From the human T2T-CHM13v2.0 reference genome, Homo sapiens, in NCBI RefSeq assembly GCF_009914755.1, contig NC_060937.1: a stretch of 64,000 nt of DNA. One strand, given 5' to 3'. This document shows positions 32,101 to 46,640 of this stretch, one piece after another. A model generated the notes under the pieces. The model made no database searches, was not told the origin of the DNA, and saw nothing but the letters and a program-made list of their open reading frames with translations. Both the position numbers and the translations under genes were made by a program. Position 1 is the first letter of the stretch. Each line of letters begins with the position of its first letter.

Positions 32101-34274
32101 AGTTAAATGCCCACGGTGAAACCGAGCTTGTACCCCACGGTCCAGGTAGGGGCACATTCCTGAAGTCTCACAAAGCATTGGCTCTCTGTGCCCCCAAAGA
32201 ATCCAGAGATGCTAGTAAATAGCAGTTTTGATCAGAAGCTTGGAAGGCCCTGGTGTACATTCTTAAATGACTTCTTTTCTGGGGCATCAAAAAGCTTTTA
32301 CGGTTCTCACCAGGCAGTTCATTCTGATGGGCCCCTACGCTGCACCCTGCTTGGGCCCCATCCCGGCACGCGCCCCGTGCAGCACAGCACAGGCCAGCTG
32401 AGAGGCTGTTTTAAGAAGGCGTGTTTGTGTGGTACACTCACGGGCTCAGGACAACATCAAAGGTAATCTTAAAAAGAGAATCTCTCTCTGTCTTCTCTTT
32501 TTATATTCAGAAAGGTCATTTCTAAACCAACTATTTGCACCAAGGCCTCTCTGGAGGAGTTTACCCCGTTGTTATTTTTTACTTGCTATTACAATAAGTC
32601 ACTTATCCCCCAAACAGATTTAAGAACAATAAACAAATACAAAAGGAAAAGGAACATCTCATCAGTAACAAAGACTGCATCTAAAGGCATTGAGTTTGTG
32701 ATTCTTTTACATCTCTTTCCAAGCAAAGCAGGAGTCCTACAGAGAAAGGAATCTGAAAGATGAAAATTATAAAAATAGTAAAAGGATCCAGTGTTCGTCA
32801 GAATCTTGTAATTTCTGGGGAGAAATGAAGCTAAATACAGTCTTAGCGCTTCGTTCATATGCAGGCTGATCTGTGATATAACTAAACTTAGTTTTTGGAG
32901 TATATCCACTGTGGGGAAATGTGGTAAATCATATTCTCAGCGAATGAAGATACTTTTCCTGAATTTAGGCTTCATATTTTGAAGTCGAATTCTGCAAAAC
33001 AAGAAAAAAATAGATCTGTGTGCTACACTGAAAACTGAACAAGGCACGTCGTAAGTCAGTCACACAGAAGGCGCAGCTCAGGGCGATACCAACTAGAAAA
33101 GTAACTTTTTTGTTGACTCTGATGCCTCTAGTGATGTTGGATTTTTTCCCCCATTGCAGACAGCACAGATAGGAAAACTGTGCAATTTGGTCCAATTATA
33201 GTCCTCTCTGTCCCTCCACACCTTCCCCCATTGATTTAATGAAGGACTTGGAGGTACAATTCACTGATAAATAGTCCCTCTGCCCAGAATGTTTATTAGA
33301 CTGACAGCAGCGTGCACTCTCCTCGCTTTTTCCCTCACCACTTATGACTCAGATGAATTTTAATAGGAGCAAAAAGCTTTTATTTGCACTGTAATTTCAC
33401 TTAAGGAACATATCCTTCAGAAACTGGCAGACGCTTCTATGTCTTGATTGCAAAACACACACTCAGGAGTAAAGAAACATGCAAAAGATGTTATTATTCA
33501 ACCTGTCACAGTGTCGCAAATCCACTTGGAACTTAGGCCATCAAAGCTCTGCCCCCACCCTTTTCAGTAGGCCCTGTGAAGAGGCACTTAGAGATTCCCG
33601 CCGTCCCCATGCAGAATTAAAGGGGGAATTATATTTTGTTTTTGCATCCCTGCCATCATGATGCCCACAGGAGGCTTTGAGTTACAGCAGGTTTTTTGAA
33701 TGAAATGGAGCTGTCTCACTGCTGCTTCTTTCTTACCCAAGAGAAATCAGACCTGGTAGGGATCCAGAACCTTCGGGTGGTGGTTCCAATTTCACCAAGA
33801 GACACTTCCTCAAACCATTTTATCTTTTTTCTGTTTGGATAGACCAAATTGTGGCTCATAGATTTATTCACGGAGAGGATAGGAATTCTCTTTTTTGAAA
33901 TGTTCTGCTTCACTGAACTGCCCTAAATATGCCCGATTGTTTGAGAGCCACCTACAGAAGGTGCCATGAATATACTTGTCTGTGCGTATTTTCCATCAGT
34001 GTTTATAACATCTTGATGTTATTGTCTCTCAGTGCAGAAGGCTTTCTCATTATCTTGCATCTTTTCCTAACCATCTTGTTACATCAGAAAGACTACATAG
34101 TGCCTTTAAGAAAAGCCAACGTTTTCAGTCATGAATATAACATTTTCTGTCACTGAAAAAATGGAATTTTAAATACTATTTTGCCCAAAATGAACACTGA
34201 ACCCCATTGTCTTAACTTACTGATACGTAGTGCAGCCGCTCTTGGAGGGCTGTGGGAAGCTGCAACAGCCATCT

Positions 34275-34289
34275 GCTGCCATCTACTGG
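34275..34289 (-). promoter_or_regulatory. CTCF motif candidate CCAGTAGATGGCAGC
   Basis: Close match to the CTCF core. A second overlapping copy-like motif (GCAGCAGATGGCTG) lies immediately to its left. Confidence 0.6.
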
Positions 34290-34688
34290 CGCCTGTCCAC
34301 ATGTCACCTCCTCCATCCCCTGGGTCTGCCCAGCTCATGGGATTTTCCTTGATAGGGATAAGTTTGTAGGTGGTGAAGGGAATACAAGTAAAATTCTCAG
34401 TTTTCTTTATAACGTTTTGAGATGTTTTTCTTAAAGATACAGGATGATACTTATCAATGATTAATTTTAATAACTGGAATAGCCCTTATTTCAAGAACTT
34501 TCTGAAATAGCTCAATATATGACAGAAACAAATATATTTTGATGTGTGCAGCAATTGAGAACCATTTGAATTTAAGGCTCTTACTGTAATTTGAATTTAA
34601 AAGCTAAAAATTGATTTAGAATGAATGCTACTTTTGAGGAAAATTTCATTTAAACTCATTTATGGTTTGGTTTTGTTTTTCCCTTAAG

Positions 34689-34829
34689 TACAAGGTGAAT
34701 ATCTTAACCAGACTTGCCGCAGAATTGAACAAATTTATGCTGGAAAAAGTGACTGAGGACACAAGCAGTGTTCTGCGTTCCCCGATGCCCGGAGTGGTGG
34801 TGGCCGTCTCTGTCAAGCCTGGAGACGCG
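34689..34829 (+). CDS. PCCA: PCCA antepenultimate coding exon (exon 22 in usual numbering), 141 nt, phase 0/0: [47 protein letters not shown]
   Basis: Acceptor ttttgtttttcccttaag|TAC and donor GCG|gtaagg. The translation matches the start of the PCC-alpha biotinyl domain (SPMPG motif). Confidence 0.97.
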
Positions 34830-35996
34830 GTAAGGGCTGTGTGTGTCTCTCTGCAGGACATGCTGGTCTCCAACTTCCCCTTCCAAAGCGACGGCTAACG
34901 GCACAGCACGATTCGGCTCTTTGCAGTTCTTACTTAACCGACCCCCCCTAAACAGCAAAATCGATTGCGTGTGTTGTCGACCTGTTTCACGTTTGCATTA
35001 CGTTGGTGCCAGGACCCTCAGCGCTTCCCCTCCCAAATGATCTGGGAGTGGAGCAGAAAGAAGGCCAGATGCATTCCATCATTTTGCAAATGCAGTGTTT
35101 TGGGAAGTACTTTCCTTAAAAGTGCTGCTTACTCTCTAGTATGCTGTGCTCAAAGCATCCATTGAAGTCATGCCAGGGAATAATACTCCGATGAGGAACT
35201 TTTTGCATGATTCCTGGAACAAATGTCTAATTGGGAAGAAGAGTTGAGGAAAGGTTAATTCTGCAATCTGTACAGTACCAGAGCACTTCCATTACTTGGT
35301 AAATAAAATGTAGCATCACAGTTTGAAGTTTTTCATCTTGATCTTGTGACATTAAAGCACAAATCAAAGCTATATTATTTCCTCGAGATAACTTACATGG
35401 ATGAATTGATAGGATGCACACATTTTCTTAGAACATGGATAGAAATCTCTACTGATGAGCAGCAAAAGTGAAAAGAAAACAATTTAGGAGGCAACCAGAT
35501 TTCCAGGTACACTTAAATACTTGCATTTTTATTCATGTGCAGGAAAATAGCATCCGGACATGACTGTCTCTCATGGATGAGGTGGTGATTCCGTTTTGTA
35601 TCTCAGGTCACTGGGACTTACATTTTAGTGCCTCCTGATTTCTCAATAGTACAGATAAAATATCTGCTTAACATTGAGGAAAAAATCAGGTAGTTGGCAT
35701 TGGCTTCTAGAAAAGTATTTGCAATAAATGTGAATATTAAGAAAACATGATCAGTTTTAGTTGTTTGAATGACCAGCCCTGAAACTAATATGCGAAGTTA
35801 GAAAACCGACTTAACAGCTGCTTTACCTGGTGATACAGAAATAGAACTGTCCACTTTTTCAGAAAGGCATAAAAGAGGCTACGTGGCTGTGAATTGTTGT
35901 TTGCTGTGAAAGCATTGATACTCCTGGAAGAAAGCCCTCTTTAAGACTGTCTAATGCCCACGTGTTAAGGATTTGGGAGAGGCCATAAGAAAAATT

Positions 35997-35998
<2 letters not shown>

Positions 35999-36028
<30 letters not shown>
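35999..36028 (+). repeat. (GT)15 microsatellite
   Basis: Direct reading. Confidence 0.95.
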
Positions 36029-36031
<3 letters not shown>

Positions 36032-36312
36032 GTGTGTAAAATTCAGGGGAGGACATCTTCCTTCTCCAGAGTTAGGGTCGTAAGAGGATAGTCTCGTGGC
36101 CTTGACATTAAGAATCGTTCACTTGCACGTGACATTATCAGAGCTGTCAGTGGAATCTTCTAGTGACTAGATATGTAGGTTCGTAAACAATATAAGGGTT
36201 TTGTTTTGTTTTTTTCATTTTTCTTAAGTTTTTTTTCTGGAAGGCATCTATCTAGTCTGTATACTGCCAGCCTGAGCTTTCCACTCCTAATTGTGTGGCT
36301 TTAATTATAAAA

Positions 36313-36314
<2 letters not shown>

Positions 36315-36358
<44 letters not shown>
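36315..36358 (+). repeat. (GT)22 microsatellite
   Basis: Direct reading. Confidence 0.95.
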
Positions 36359-36360
<2 letters not shown>

Positions 36361-39300
36361 CAAGTAAGTGTTTTCCTTAAATCCTTTTCTAACACCTGAA
36401 TCCAAACCGGAGTGGAGGGAGGGCGGGCAGGGATGAGGGAGACCACTCCTGCCTCAAGCCTGGAGGGCAAGAGGGTGAGACTGCAGCCCTGGCCCCTCAC
36501 ACGGCCCTCAAGGAGGTTGCTCAGAGGCAGTAAACGGGGCGCTCCCAAGGCCAGATCAGCGCAGCCTTCTGGTTTCTTTAACAGCTGCTGGCTCCTGATC
36601 TGACTTTCCCACATACCGAAAGGGTTTGGCCTTTGTACGTTCCATTTCCTGGTTAATAATTGAATGTAGAAAAGCAAGGCATTTCGTAAATGGGAACAAT
36701 GTGATATCAGTCCTTGGTTCATTGATGTAGCTCAGATATTAAAAACACCCACCAATAATTAAATGTGTGTACTCATTAAGAATGGTTTGAGAACTGTTAA
36801 AAATATGTTACGGCAGAGCAACGGGGCCTATATTTTATGCATTCCTTTAAATTCAGAGTACCTGGGGGGCACGCGTAGTGAACAGGCTCAGGACCTCGGG
36901 ATCTGTCAGCTCCCTCCTAAGTTCTGTTTGCGGGGGCTGCTCAGGTGGGGCGTATACTTGCTTTTATTTGTCTTTTTTGGTACTTGCAGAACTTCCTTTC
37001 ATATTCTGTGCCATTGTGTTTTGATGAAACAGCCTTTTCTCTTGAATTACTGCTTGTGAAAAATGTCCCAAACCACTAATACCGAAACCCAATGCAGCCT
37101 GAGAAGTTTCATCGTCGGCTCTTAGCGCAACTTCTATAGTTAAATTCTGCTTAGTGTAATTAAAACACAAGAAGCTTCCTTGGACCAGAGGCACGTCACT
37201 TACTTGAGGCCATTGTGAGGAAACACTACCTGTCACGTTGAAATTTTGCGGTTTTAAGTGATTTTAACACCGCGGGGCGTGTTGTGTTTTCCTCCGCACT
37301 AACAATAGCCGGGCGAGGTTCCCCTTTTATGGGTGGGAAGATAATGGAGTCAGTCTCCTTGGTGTATTTTCAAGGAAAATAAGGACCCTAAAACAACTAA
37401 GGGCCTTACAAGTATTCTGTTTTTCTTTGAAATGTTACTTTTTATCATTTAAATTCCAGTAATCTATCATGTTTCTGTTTAGCTTAGCTGAAGTAAAACT
37501 TGACCAATCGTAGAATGGTGGGCCTGGCAATAAGTTCTAAAAAAAGTGTCACATAAATCGTAATGAACAAATCTGTTTTGTGAAGTAAACAATTTGAACA
37601 CAGTTTAAAAACCTCAGGAAGAAGAGATGTGGGGTGGCCGTTGAGAAGTAGTGAATCCGCTCGGGGCGCTTGGTGTGGCAGGGCCTTGTGCACTGATTCA
37701 TTTGAAACACTCAGCCTGCCCTAAACACAGAAGCTGTGTTTTATTTGAAGGGCTTCTGTAGGGTTCACACAGCAAAAGTTCCTAATAACTTTTTCAGTGT
37801 CTGTTATATACTATTTAACATTAAATGTGGCAGGTCACATTTTAAATGATTGTGTAATAGTTTTTCCGAACACGTGGAGAGAGGATGTTAATACACAGTA
37901 AAATGCAGGTAAGCAAACAAATCAATAAGAAAGTACAGTGGATTATTAAGGTCCAGAATCAGTAATATAATTTAGGAAACAACTGATAGAATAAATTTTA
38001 GTGCCTTTTTATATGCCTTCTGAAAATGTTTCTGCAGTAACTCATTTCAGTTTGAAAACTCGTTTTCTTAGACTCGTAACACTATTGTAAACTGGGAGCA
38101 CTTCTGTAATCAAAGTTAGCATGACTCAGCTGTTTCAAACTTCTACCTTTATGATACTCTTGAACAGAAATGTTAGAAATATATATATTTTCAGAATAAC
38201 GGTAGAATACATTTTTCCACATGTCAAATTAGACTTATAGCTGCTGAATTTATTGCATAATTTTCACTTTGACTTTGAAGTCAAATAAAGTCATGATGAG
38301 CACATTCGCTTTGTTAGCCTTTTGATATCAGAAACAAAACCACCCCATAAGATAGTCACCCAAGGAGGCATTTTAATATTGCATTTAGTTAAGATTCTTT
38401 CAAGTAATGTTCGTATTCTGCAGTCATCACAGATTTGCATCAGAAATACTCATTTAATACACCAAACAAATGAGAAACAAACCATAAGCTGCTATATACT
38501 CATCTGCATTTCTTTCTTTCTTAACAATTAGTGAAACCAGGTGAAAGAATAGTTTGAAATTAAGTACCTGTTGCTGCTTTTTCTTGCGAATTAGCCCATT
38601 CGATATTAGACTTCGGGATATTTTGGTGGGGCTAAGATGAAAAGATCCACCTCGTGATGGAATTGACCTTCAGCAGGGGACAGTGAGGTGTCTGCGGTTG
38701 TTCCTCTTGTGAACAACGCCTTAAAGGCGAGAAACAGCCTACTGTACAGTGTGCCAGGGAAAGCATCACATCGGTGGGCGTCGGTGGCAACACCACTTAC
38801 ACTTCACCCTGATTTTGTTTCCTCCTTGCACGTGCTCCTTTGACAGGGCAGGCTCCCAAGCAGGTGTGCAGTCAGGGCCACAAGACACAGGCACCCCATC
38901 CCATCTCAGAGTCTGACGTCCCCTCCTCCCCTTTGTCTCTAAGCCTCATGTAACTGAGCTTATAGCCGACCATACAGAACTGGCAAACTTGGTGAGATAC
39001 CTTTATTTTTTATTTCTTAAACAAGATTTTAAAATTTCATAAGCTCTCACGTATCCTAACGAGAAGGCAGGGCTGGGCCCTCCCGACGGGTGTTTGCCTG
39101 GCATCGCGCTTGTGTGCCTCATGCAGCCCAGGCTCGCTCACTGCATCTTTCCCTGGCAGAGGGGCTAGCCTGGCTGCTTCATAGACTTTCCAGTTTCTGG
39201 ATACCTTGATTTACAATCACAAAATAATTGCAGTAATTAAATTTATATGTTTTATAGCAATAGTTATTCAAGCAGTTTATTTGACAAGATGCCAGTTTTC

Positions 39301-39633
39301 ACCCAAACCTCAGATTGTATCTCACAGCATGTACACAGAGATCCATGCATTTGTTAACATTTTAAGACTTTAAAATTATGAAATACTACAAACATGCAGA
39401 AAGTTACAGAGAAGAATCCAACAAGCACTCCTGTGCCCTTTGTTCACCATTTCCATATGTGTTTCAAATTTTATTTAACAATGAGACATTACATATAACA
39501 TGAACTTCCCCTGTGGCAAGCTCCTCCATCTCATTCCTGTCCTGTCTTCTTCAGAGGTAACGACTACCCCTGGATTTGGCCTTTTAATCTTTTCCAGATA
39601 ACATTTATTTTTAAATGTTAAGAGTTGGTTTTT

Positions 39634-40006
<373 letters not shown>

Positions 40007-43000
40007 CTATTAGTACTGGGAATTTTTACAGTTGAATATACTCAATGATAATTATAAAATAAAAAATATTTATGTGGATCAGTATATTAAATATTATAGG
40101 AGAGTCTTCTCCAAGCTTGGCGTTTGATTTTTCAGGAGTGATCTGCTTGGGAGTAGAAGGTGTTTTCTTTGTTTTCAACATTTTTATAAGTGACCATTCT
40201 CAGCCTTACCAAGATGTAAACTATCTTTTTCTCTTTTAATAAAAATAAAAGTTTACAAAAAATCATCCTTTCACGGAGCGCTTTCAGGCAGCATGCTTTA
40301 CGAAGGTAGAGGGTCCAGGCTAATTTCCAAAGGTATTGTGAATGACATCAGTTTCCACTAGTTCTCTTTGTAACTGCAGGCTTTGGCTCTGATTTTGAGC
40401 TAACTTAGAGGGCAGCAGGGAGTCATATTTTTCTTCATTTTAAGGAATTTTAAAAGAAACTGGACTTGTTTTATATCGGCCACAAGTCTGTACTCTTACC
40501 CTTAGCCCCTTGGGTGCTGCCCAGTTCTGGGGAGCCCCACTTGAGAGACAAGGGGAGCACCAGGCAGACGGCACGTGTGCCTGAAGTCCCGAGCCGGCAG
40601 CGGGGCTGGACGGGTGGCCCCTGGGTTCCCGCGCCCTCCAGAGTGAGGCCGCTCGTGCATGGGCCATTAAAGGAGTCTTCAGCCGGAGAAAGGGCTGGGC
40701 GGCGTCTCCTGCCCGCCTGGTCTGTCTTTGTAATTTGATGATGGTTCCATCCTTGCTCAAATACTGCAGTCTCCCGTGGCCTCCTCCCCGTCTCGCTTTA
40801 CATGAAGATGTTGGGATGTGAATACACGTTTCTTCTTCAGGAAATATCAGGGGATATTTACCAGCCTATCTTACCGGCTCAGAGGAAGTTGCTATTAATA
40901 TAATCAGATGCGAGCAGGCAGTGCCTTTTCACTCAATCTGAGATGCCTTTTTTTGTGACTGTTAACTGAACCTTTCTTCAGATCTAAGGGCCTTAAAATG
41001 TGTGGCATTCAGGCACCTGTGTTCCAAGCAGACCAGCCTTTAACAATGAAATGGTGGGATTTTCACTTTTGTGGCGTAGACACCAGGGCTGATATTGATC
41101 CGTGTTTTTCCGGTGGTCCGGCGTTGCAGAAGTGGAAACTGCAGCGGGCTGGTAAGCCCTCCGAGCCTTCTGTCTAATTTGGCAGAAAAACACAGAATGT
41201 AGGACAACAAAAGAAGCCTCCTTTTTCCATAAAAATTCTTCCTCCCACCCACCCTTCTTCCCCAAAAAGGGGACTTAATTTTTCAGCTGCACGCAGTGAT
41301 TTGGTGCTCACTCTTGCATCGAAACAGTTGCGGTCTGAACAGGCAGGAAACAGTTTTCTTTTAATTGCCGAAATCATTCGGAAGTGCTTCATGCCCTGCT
41401 TCTGTACAGCAGATGCTGTGCATTAATTGGCCTGCGTAGAAGTGACCCAGGGTTCCTTGCAGCGGGCCCAATTTTAGGCAGAGGGTTTAAATAGCTTATT
41501 TATTATTTTGTATAATCTGGCGTACATTGTGTGCTCCTGCACGTGTCGTATTTCATGGTCTGCAGTTTCTAATGTCATGTGGGTTTCAAAACCTGTGTTT
41601 CTCTGGTAATGTACTAGCAGCAGGTAAGCTCAAAATACCATCCATCAGGAGCTAATTTTTTATCCAGATACTCCAATGACTGATGAACCTGTCTTTTGTA
41701 TGAATGTTTAGCACAGTGGAAAGCCATATGCCACTGGCACCGTTTCCTCTGCATTCCTTACAGTTGCTAGAGAGTGGGCTTCCTGGGGGGCGGGGCGGCT
41801 CGATGCTGTGAACGTCCCCTGGCCTCTATTTCAACGATAACACCTTTAAAACAGCCCTGGGTTTGGGCAACAAAAAGAGGATGGGCTGTCTTAAAGGAGA
41901 CCTGACTCCCTCGTCATTTTCTTTATCAGAAATACGACTGCACACTCTTAATAGGGAACCTTGTTTTGTTACTCCCCGTCTGTTCCAAACAGACCTCAGC
42001 CCATTAGAAGGGCCTCCCTTGTGTGGGAGACCACAGCTGTTACTGTAAATCTCATCCACTCACTGTATCACCCCCATTTTGTGGCTCTGAAGGATGAAAT
42101 TGAGAAATGGAATACTGTGCAGTCATCCTTTACATCTCCAATTTTAGGCCTTTGCCATCATTTTCATGCTTTTATTCCAAATCAAATAACATTAGTGAGC
42201 TACACCACCTTCTGATGAATATCTGGTCTTGAGCACCGCTTTCAAGCCTGTGCTTGTGGGGGCTTCCTTTTATGTTTGGTGGTCTTTTTTCCCCCGTTCT
42301 CTTCTTTTTCTTCCTGCACTTTCTTTGAGCGTTCTTCGTGGTCATGGCAGTCTGCAGTTTGAATGATCGGCATTGCCAAATGTGTCCCTGTCTTAGCATG
42401 TTTTCTGAGAGGGGGCATGTGCGGGAGAAGGTTCTCTGTCTTTTAATCTTTGTGGAAGGAGTGAAGAGAACTTGGTAGAAGGATATTGGGGGCTTTAATC
42501 AGAAATAAGAAGTGGTTTAAATCATTAGCACAACAAAGCATACTATAAGCTTGAAGATAAAAGTCTCTGGGGAAAGAGTCCTCTGAAAATAAATGGAACT
42601 TGATAGATTTCCATATCATTTATAACTTCCCTTAATTACACTTGGAAGACTTGCCAGTAAAACTGGAAAATTGGCAGCTTATATCCATTAGAGTCATTTT
42701 GCCGACCATGGCAAGCAGCTGGCTTTACGGGATTTGATTCCCATCACTCACAATTCATCATCAGCTGGAGGTGTCTGCAGCTCTTCAGCACAGAGCAATG
42801 CTGGGTGACACTCGGGCCCCCACGACATGCGAAAATCTGCTGAGTAAATGGGCCGAGGTTTCTCTCAAGCCTTGTTTGGGGCAAGGCCGACTCTTGCTTA
42901 ATGAGTGCCGCTCTGATAATCGGATGCGAACGTGAACCTTGACCTCGTGTCAAAGGAGAGGACGCAATAAGCTGGATGAAAGATACAGGATTCAGGCCTT

Positions 43001-43640
43001 CAAACTTTACACCAATTAGACAGGGAGCGGGGAGATACATCAGGCCCACTAGGTTCATCAAAAAGACTTGTGAGGCTTGTGACCATTTTGTAAGCCCAAC
43101 ATTGGAGACATCCTGTCACAATCATTAAGTCTTTATCAGATGATTCACAAAAGTGTTGGAGAAACGTGCGCACACATCCTGCAGGAACGGGCCCCGCACA
43201 TGGGGGCGTCTGATGGAGACGGAATGGTGGAGGGCCCTCTCTGCGCACCCAATTAATGCTTGGCCTCCCAGCCACCCTGGGCAATCCGGAAGGTGTTGCT
43301 TCCATTGGGCCCACTGCCCAGCTCCCTGGTGTACCCTACATGTACTCTACGGTGTGCGACACATTCTGCAGGAGTCAGCGCTGCTGGGAGTAAGGCTCCA
43401 AAGTCCTAAGGTGAGAGCCCCTGCTCCCGAGGGCCGAGTGCTGGCATTTTGCTGTTGTTGGAAGGAGCCCAGCTCAATGCCCAGCCATCCCTGGAGCACG
43501 CCCTCGAGTGTCAGCCTCTTCCCACAGACTGGGGCAGGTGTAGTTTGTGTTTCCATTGCATTCTTTGACATTTGGTTTGTACATTTGGTTCTCCAGCTCA
43601 ATTTTTTCCAAAGGATGAAACATGTTGAAATTCAATTAAG

Positions 43641-43643
<3 letters not shown>

Positions 43644-43691
<48 letters not shown>
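43644..43691 (+). repeat. (GT)24 microsatellite
   Basis: Direct reading. Confidence 0.95.
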
Positions 43692-43692
<1 letters not shown>

Positions 43693-43868
43693 GGGGTAGA
43701 ACATGTTTCTGTTGAGCAAGATGTATCTCACTATTTTGTAAGGCATGAAGGAAGTTTTTAAACACCATCTCTTAGGGATGAATTAGGGAAAACGGTCTAC
43801 AAAACAGATGGTGCAAAATTAATAGAGAAGTGTGCTACTTAGTTTTTCATTTACAGCTAAATAATCTA

Positions 43869-44352
<484 letters not shown>

Positions 44353-46392
44353 GAGCTAAATAAGTAGACTAGTAGACACCACGAGAGGAACTAGGGAGGG
44401 GAAACAGGAATGAAAGGCGGATGGAGCAGGGAGGATCTAATTCTATGATTCAGTGCTGTGCTTGGATGGGGCAGAAGATGGGATCGCTTCAGTGGGGACA
44501 CGCCTTCTTTAAAGTCCTTTGAATTGAATTGCCGGACTCTCACAATCAGACAGAAGGACTATTTGAATTTCAGGCCTCCCCACTTTTCCTGATTGTCTCG
44601 GGCTAAATCCGAGGTTTTTTTCTGATGAACAACTGGGGACCCAGCACTTGCAGTTACCTGTGCGTTACCTCTTTGCAAATCACCCACATTAGAAGCACAG
44701 AGCCAGCCAGAAAGATGGTCAGTGGCAGCCACAGCAGAGCCCCTTAAGCTCCTGTCCACCACCCACTTGCTCCCAGGCCCTGGCGGGGCCCAGAGTAGAG
44801 CTGTAGCCAGGTCAGGCTGGCCTTTGCCCCTAGCGTGACCTTGGGAAATCCCCAGGCCGCATTTCTTCATATTTGCAGTTGAGTTGCTAACGCACTCACT
44901 TGAAGATCCTGTAAAACAGAAGCAGGAGCTGCCTGCCTGTCTGGCCCGCAGATTCTGAGCAAGGGGATGGGAGGGGACGTGTGGTGGAAGGGCACACCTA
45001 CTGGCAGAGAGGGTAGGGGCTGTGCCACCCATGTGAAGCCAATGTACTTGGCGGGGGGACGGGGCTCTGGCCAGTCCTGGGCCCTCAGATGCCTGCAGAG
45101 GAAGGGCTGGGTGGGTGTTTGGGAGGCCGGCATGCAGTCCCCAGGAAGCTCCTCCACCTGGAGAGAGAACAGTGCCCAGAGCGGGAGAGTGGATTCCTCA
45201 TTTTTGGATGGCATTTCTACTATGTTCTGTTGAGTCTCAGATCCACTTCCCAGAGAGTCCCCGGTCCTGTTGCCTGAGTGCTCAGTCCTAGGTCAGAGTC
45301 AGTCGCAGTGAGTCCAGCTTCTAAGAGGACACGGCCAGGCTTCCAGGGTCCCCTGTGTGGAGCTGGCTGGCAGGTGTGCTGCAGTGAACTGGACCTGCTC
45401 CTGGATTCCCTGGTCTTTGCCTGCCTTTGAAGAGAGAAAAAAGGCTGTAAAATGCCAACTGGAGGGAGTGACTGTTCTGACACCCCTGATGGGGGCCTCT
45501 GCATTGTCTCTGCGCTGCCCCTCCCATCCCCCTGCAAACAGCCCTCGAGGCTGATTCTTCGCTCTCCCTGGAATGCAGATGCCACGTGAAAATGAATCAA
45601 AAAGGGCAGCGCGGGCAGCGCTTCCAGGCCCAGCTCCTCAGCGCGGTGTCTCTCCTCCGTGCCAGCGCCAAAGCCTTGGCATCGTCTCTCTTCCTATATT
45701 TCTATGCCAGGAAGAAGCAGCCCACCACCTGAACAGCAGAGGAAAAGAGTACATCGGCTCAGGCGCTCCAGAGTGCCAGCAAGACAGCTTGCGCCACACG
45801 GGGGGGCCAGAGGGGGACTTGGAGATCATCTGGGGATTTCAGGAAAGAACATTCTCTAGGCGCTTCTGAGGCATTGGATGAATATGGCCACAGTGGTGTG
45901 AGGGGCCAGGAGCCCCATGCCAGGACACCCACCCACACCACATAGCCATTGCCCTAGGAACCTGGACTTGCCCGTTTCAAAGACTGGGAGGCCAAAGAAA
46001 AACCTGGCCGGCTCAGGACGCTGACCCATCGGGGCAGAGCGAAGTGAGCGCGCAGCATGGTTTTCAGCTGCAGCTCACTCCTGCAGGGAAGCCTCGCGCT
46101 TAACGCCAGTGGGCTTAACCCAGCTCAGCCTGGCTGCCCCTCAGGATGAAAGGCAAGTTCTGAACGCAGTCTGAGCAAAGGCCCGTGGGCGCTCCCAGTC
46201 TCCTAGCATGGAATGCATGTAGCTCTGGAAGTCATTCCTGTGTCTGGAGGGTTTTCCGGAAGCTGCCTTGTGCCTTGTTGTGGGTACTCGCTGTGTCTTG
46301 CAGAGGATGGGACAGTGGTCCTCGTGGCACCAGGGCCGAGCTGTTCCCAGTTCCCCGGGACTATAGACAGAAATATGTATATTTGGTGGTGG

Positions 46393-46640
46393 TTTTTTTT
46401 TTTTGGTAACAGCTATACTGAGATGTAATTCACATACAATTTAGCCCTTTAACGTGTACGATTCGGTGGTTTCAGTCAATTCAGAGTTGTGTAGTTGTCA
46501 CCACAATCAATTTTGGAACATTTTTATCACTCTCAAAAGAAACCCTGTACCCTTCAGCAGTGACTCCCCTTCCCTCTTCAACCCCAGGCAACCTCGAGTC
46601 TGTCTGTAGAGATCTGCCTATTCTGGACATTTCAGGTAAG
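46393..46640 (-). mobile_element. L1MB-like 3'-end fragment
   Basis: 'ctgagatgtaattcacatacaattt..agagttgtg..tcaccacaatcaattttggaacattttt..gcctattctggacatttca'. Confidence 0.7.

Noticed and set aside
43153-43761. 202-aa ORF with a CVCVCV run
   Set aside because: It reads through a (GT)n microsatellite from a non-ATG start, with no domain or splice support.
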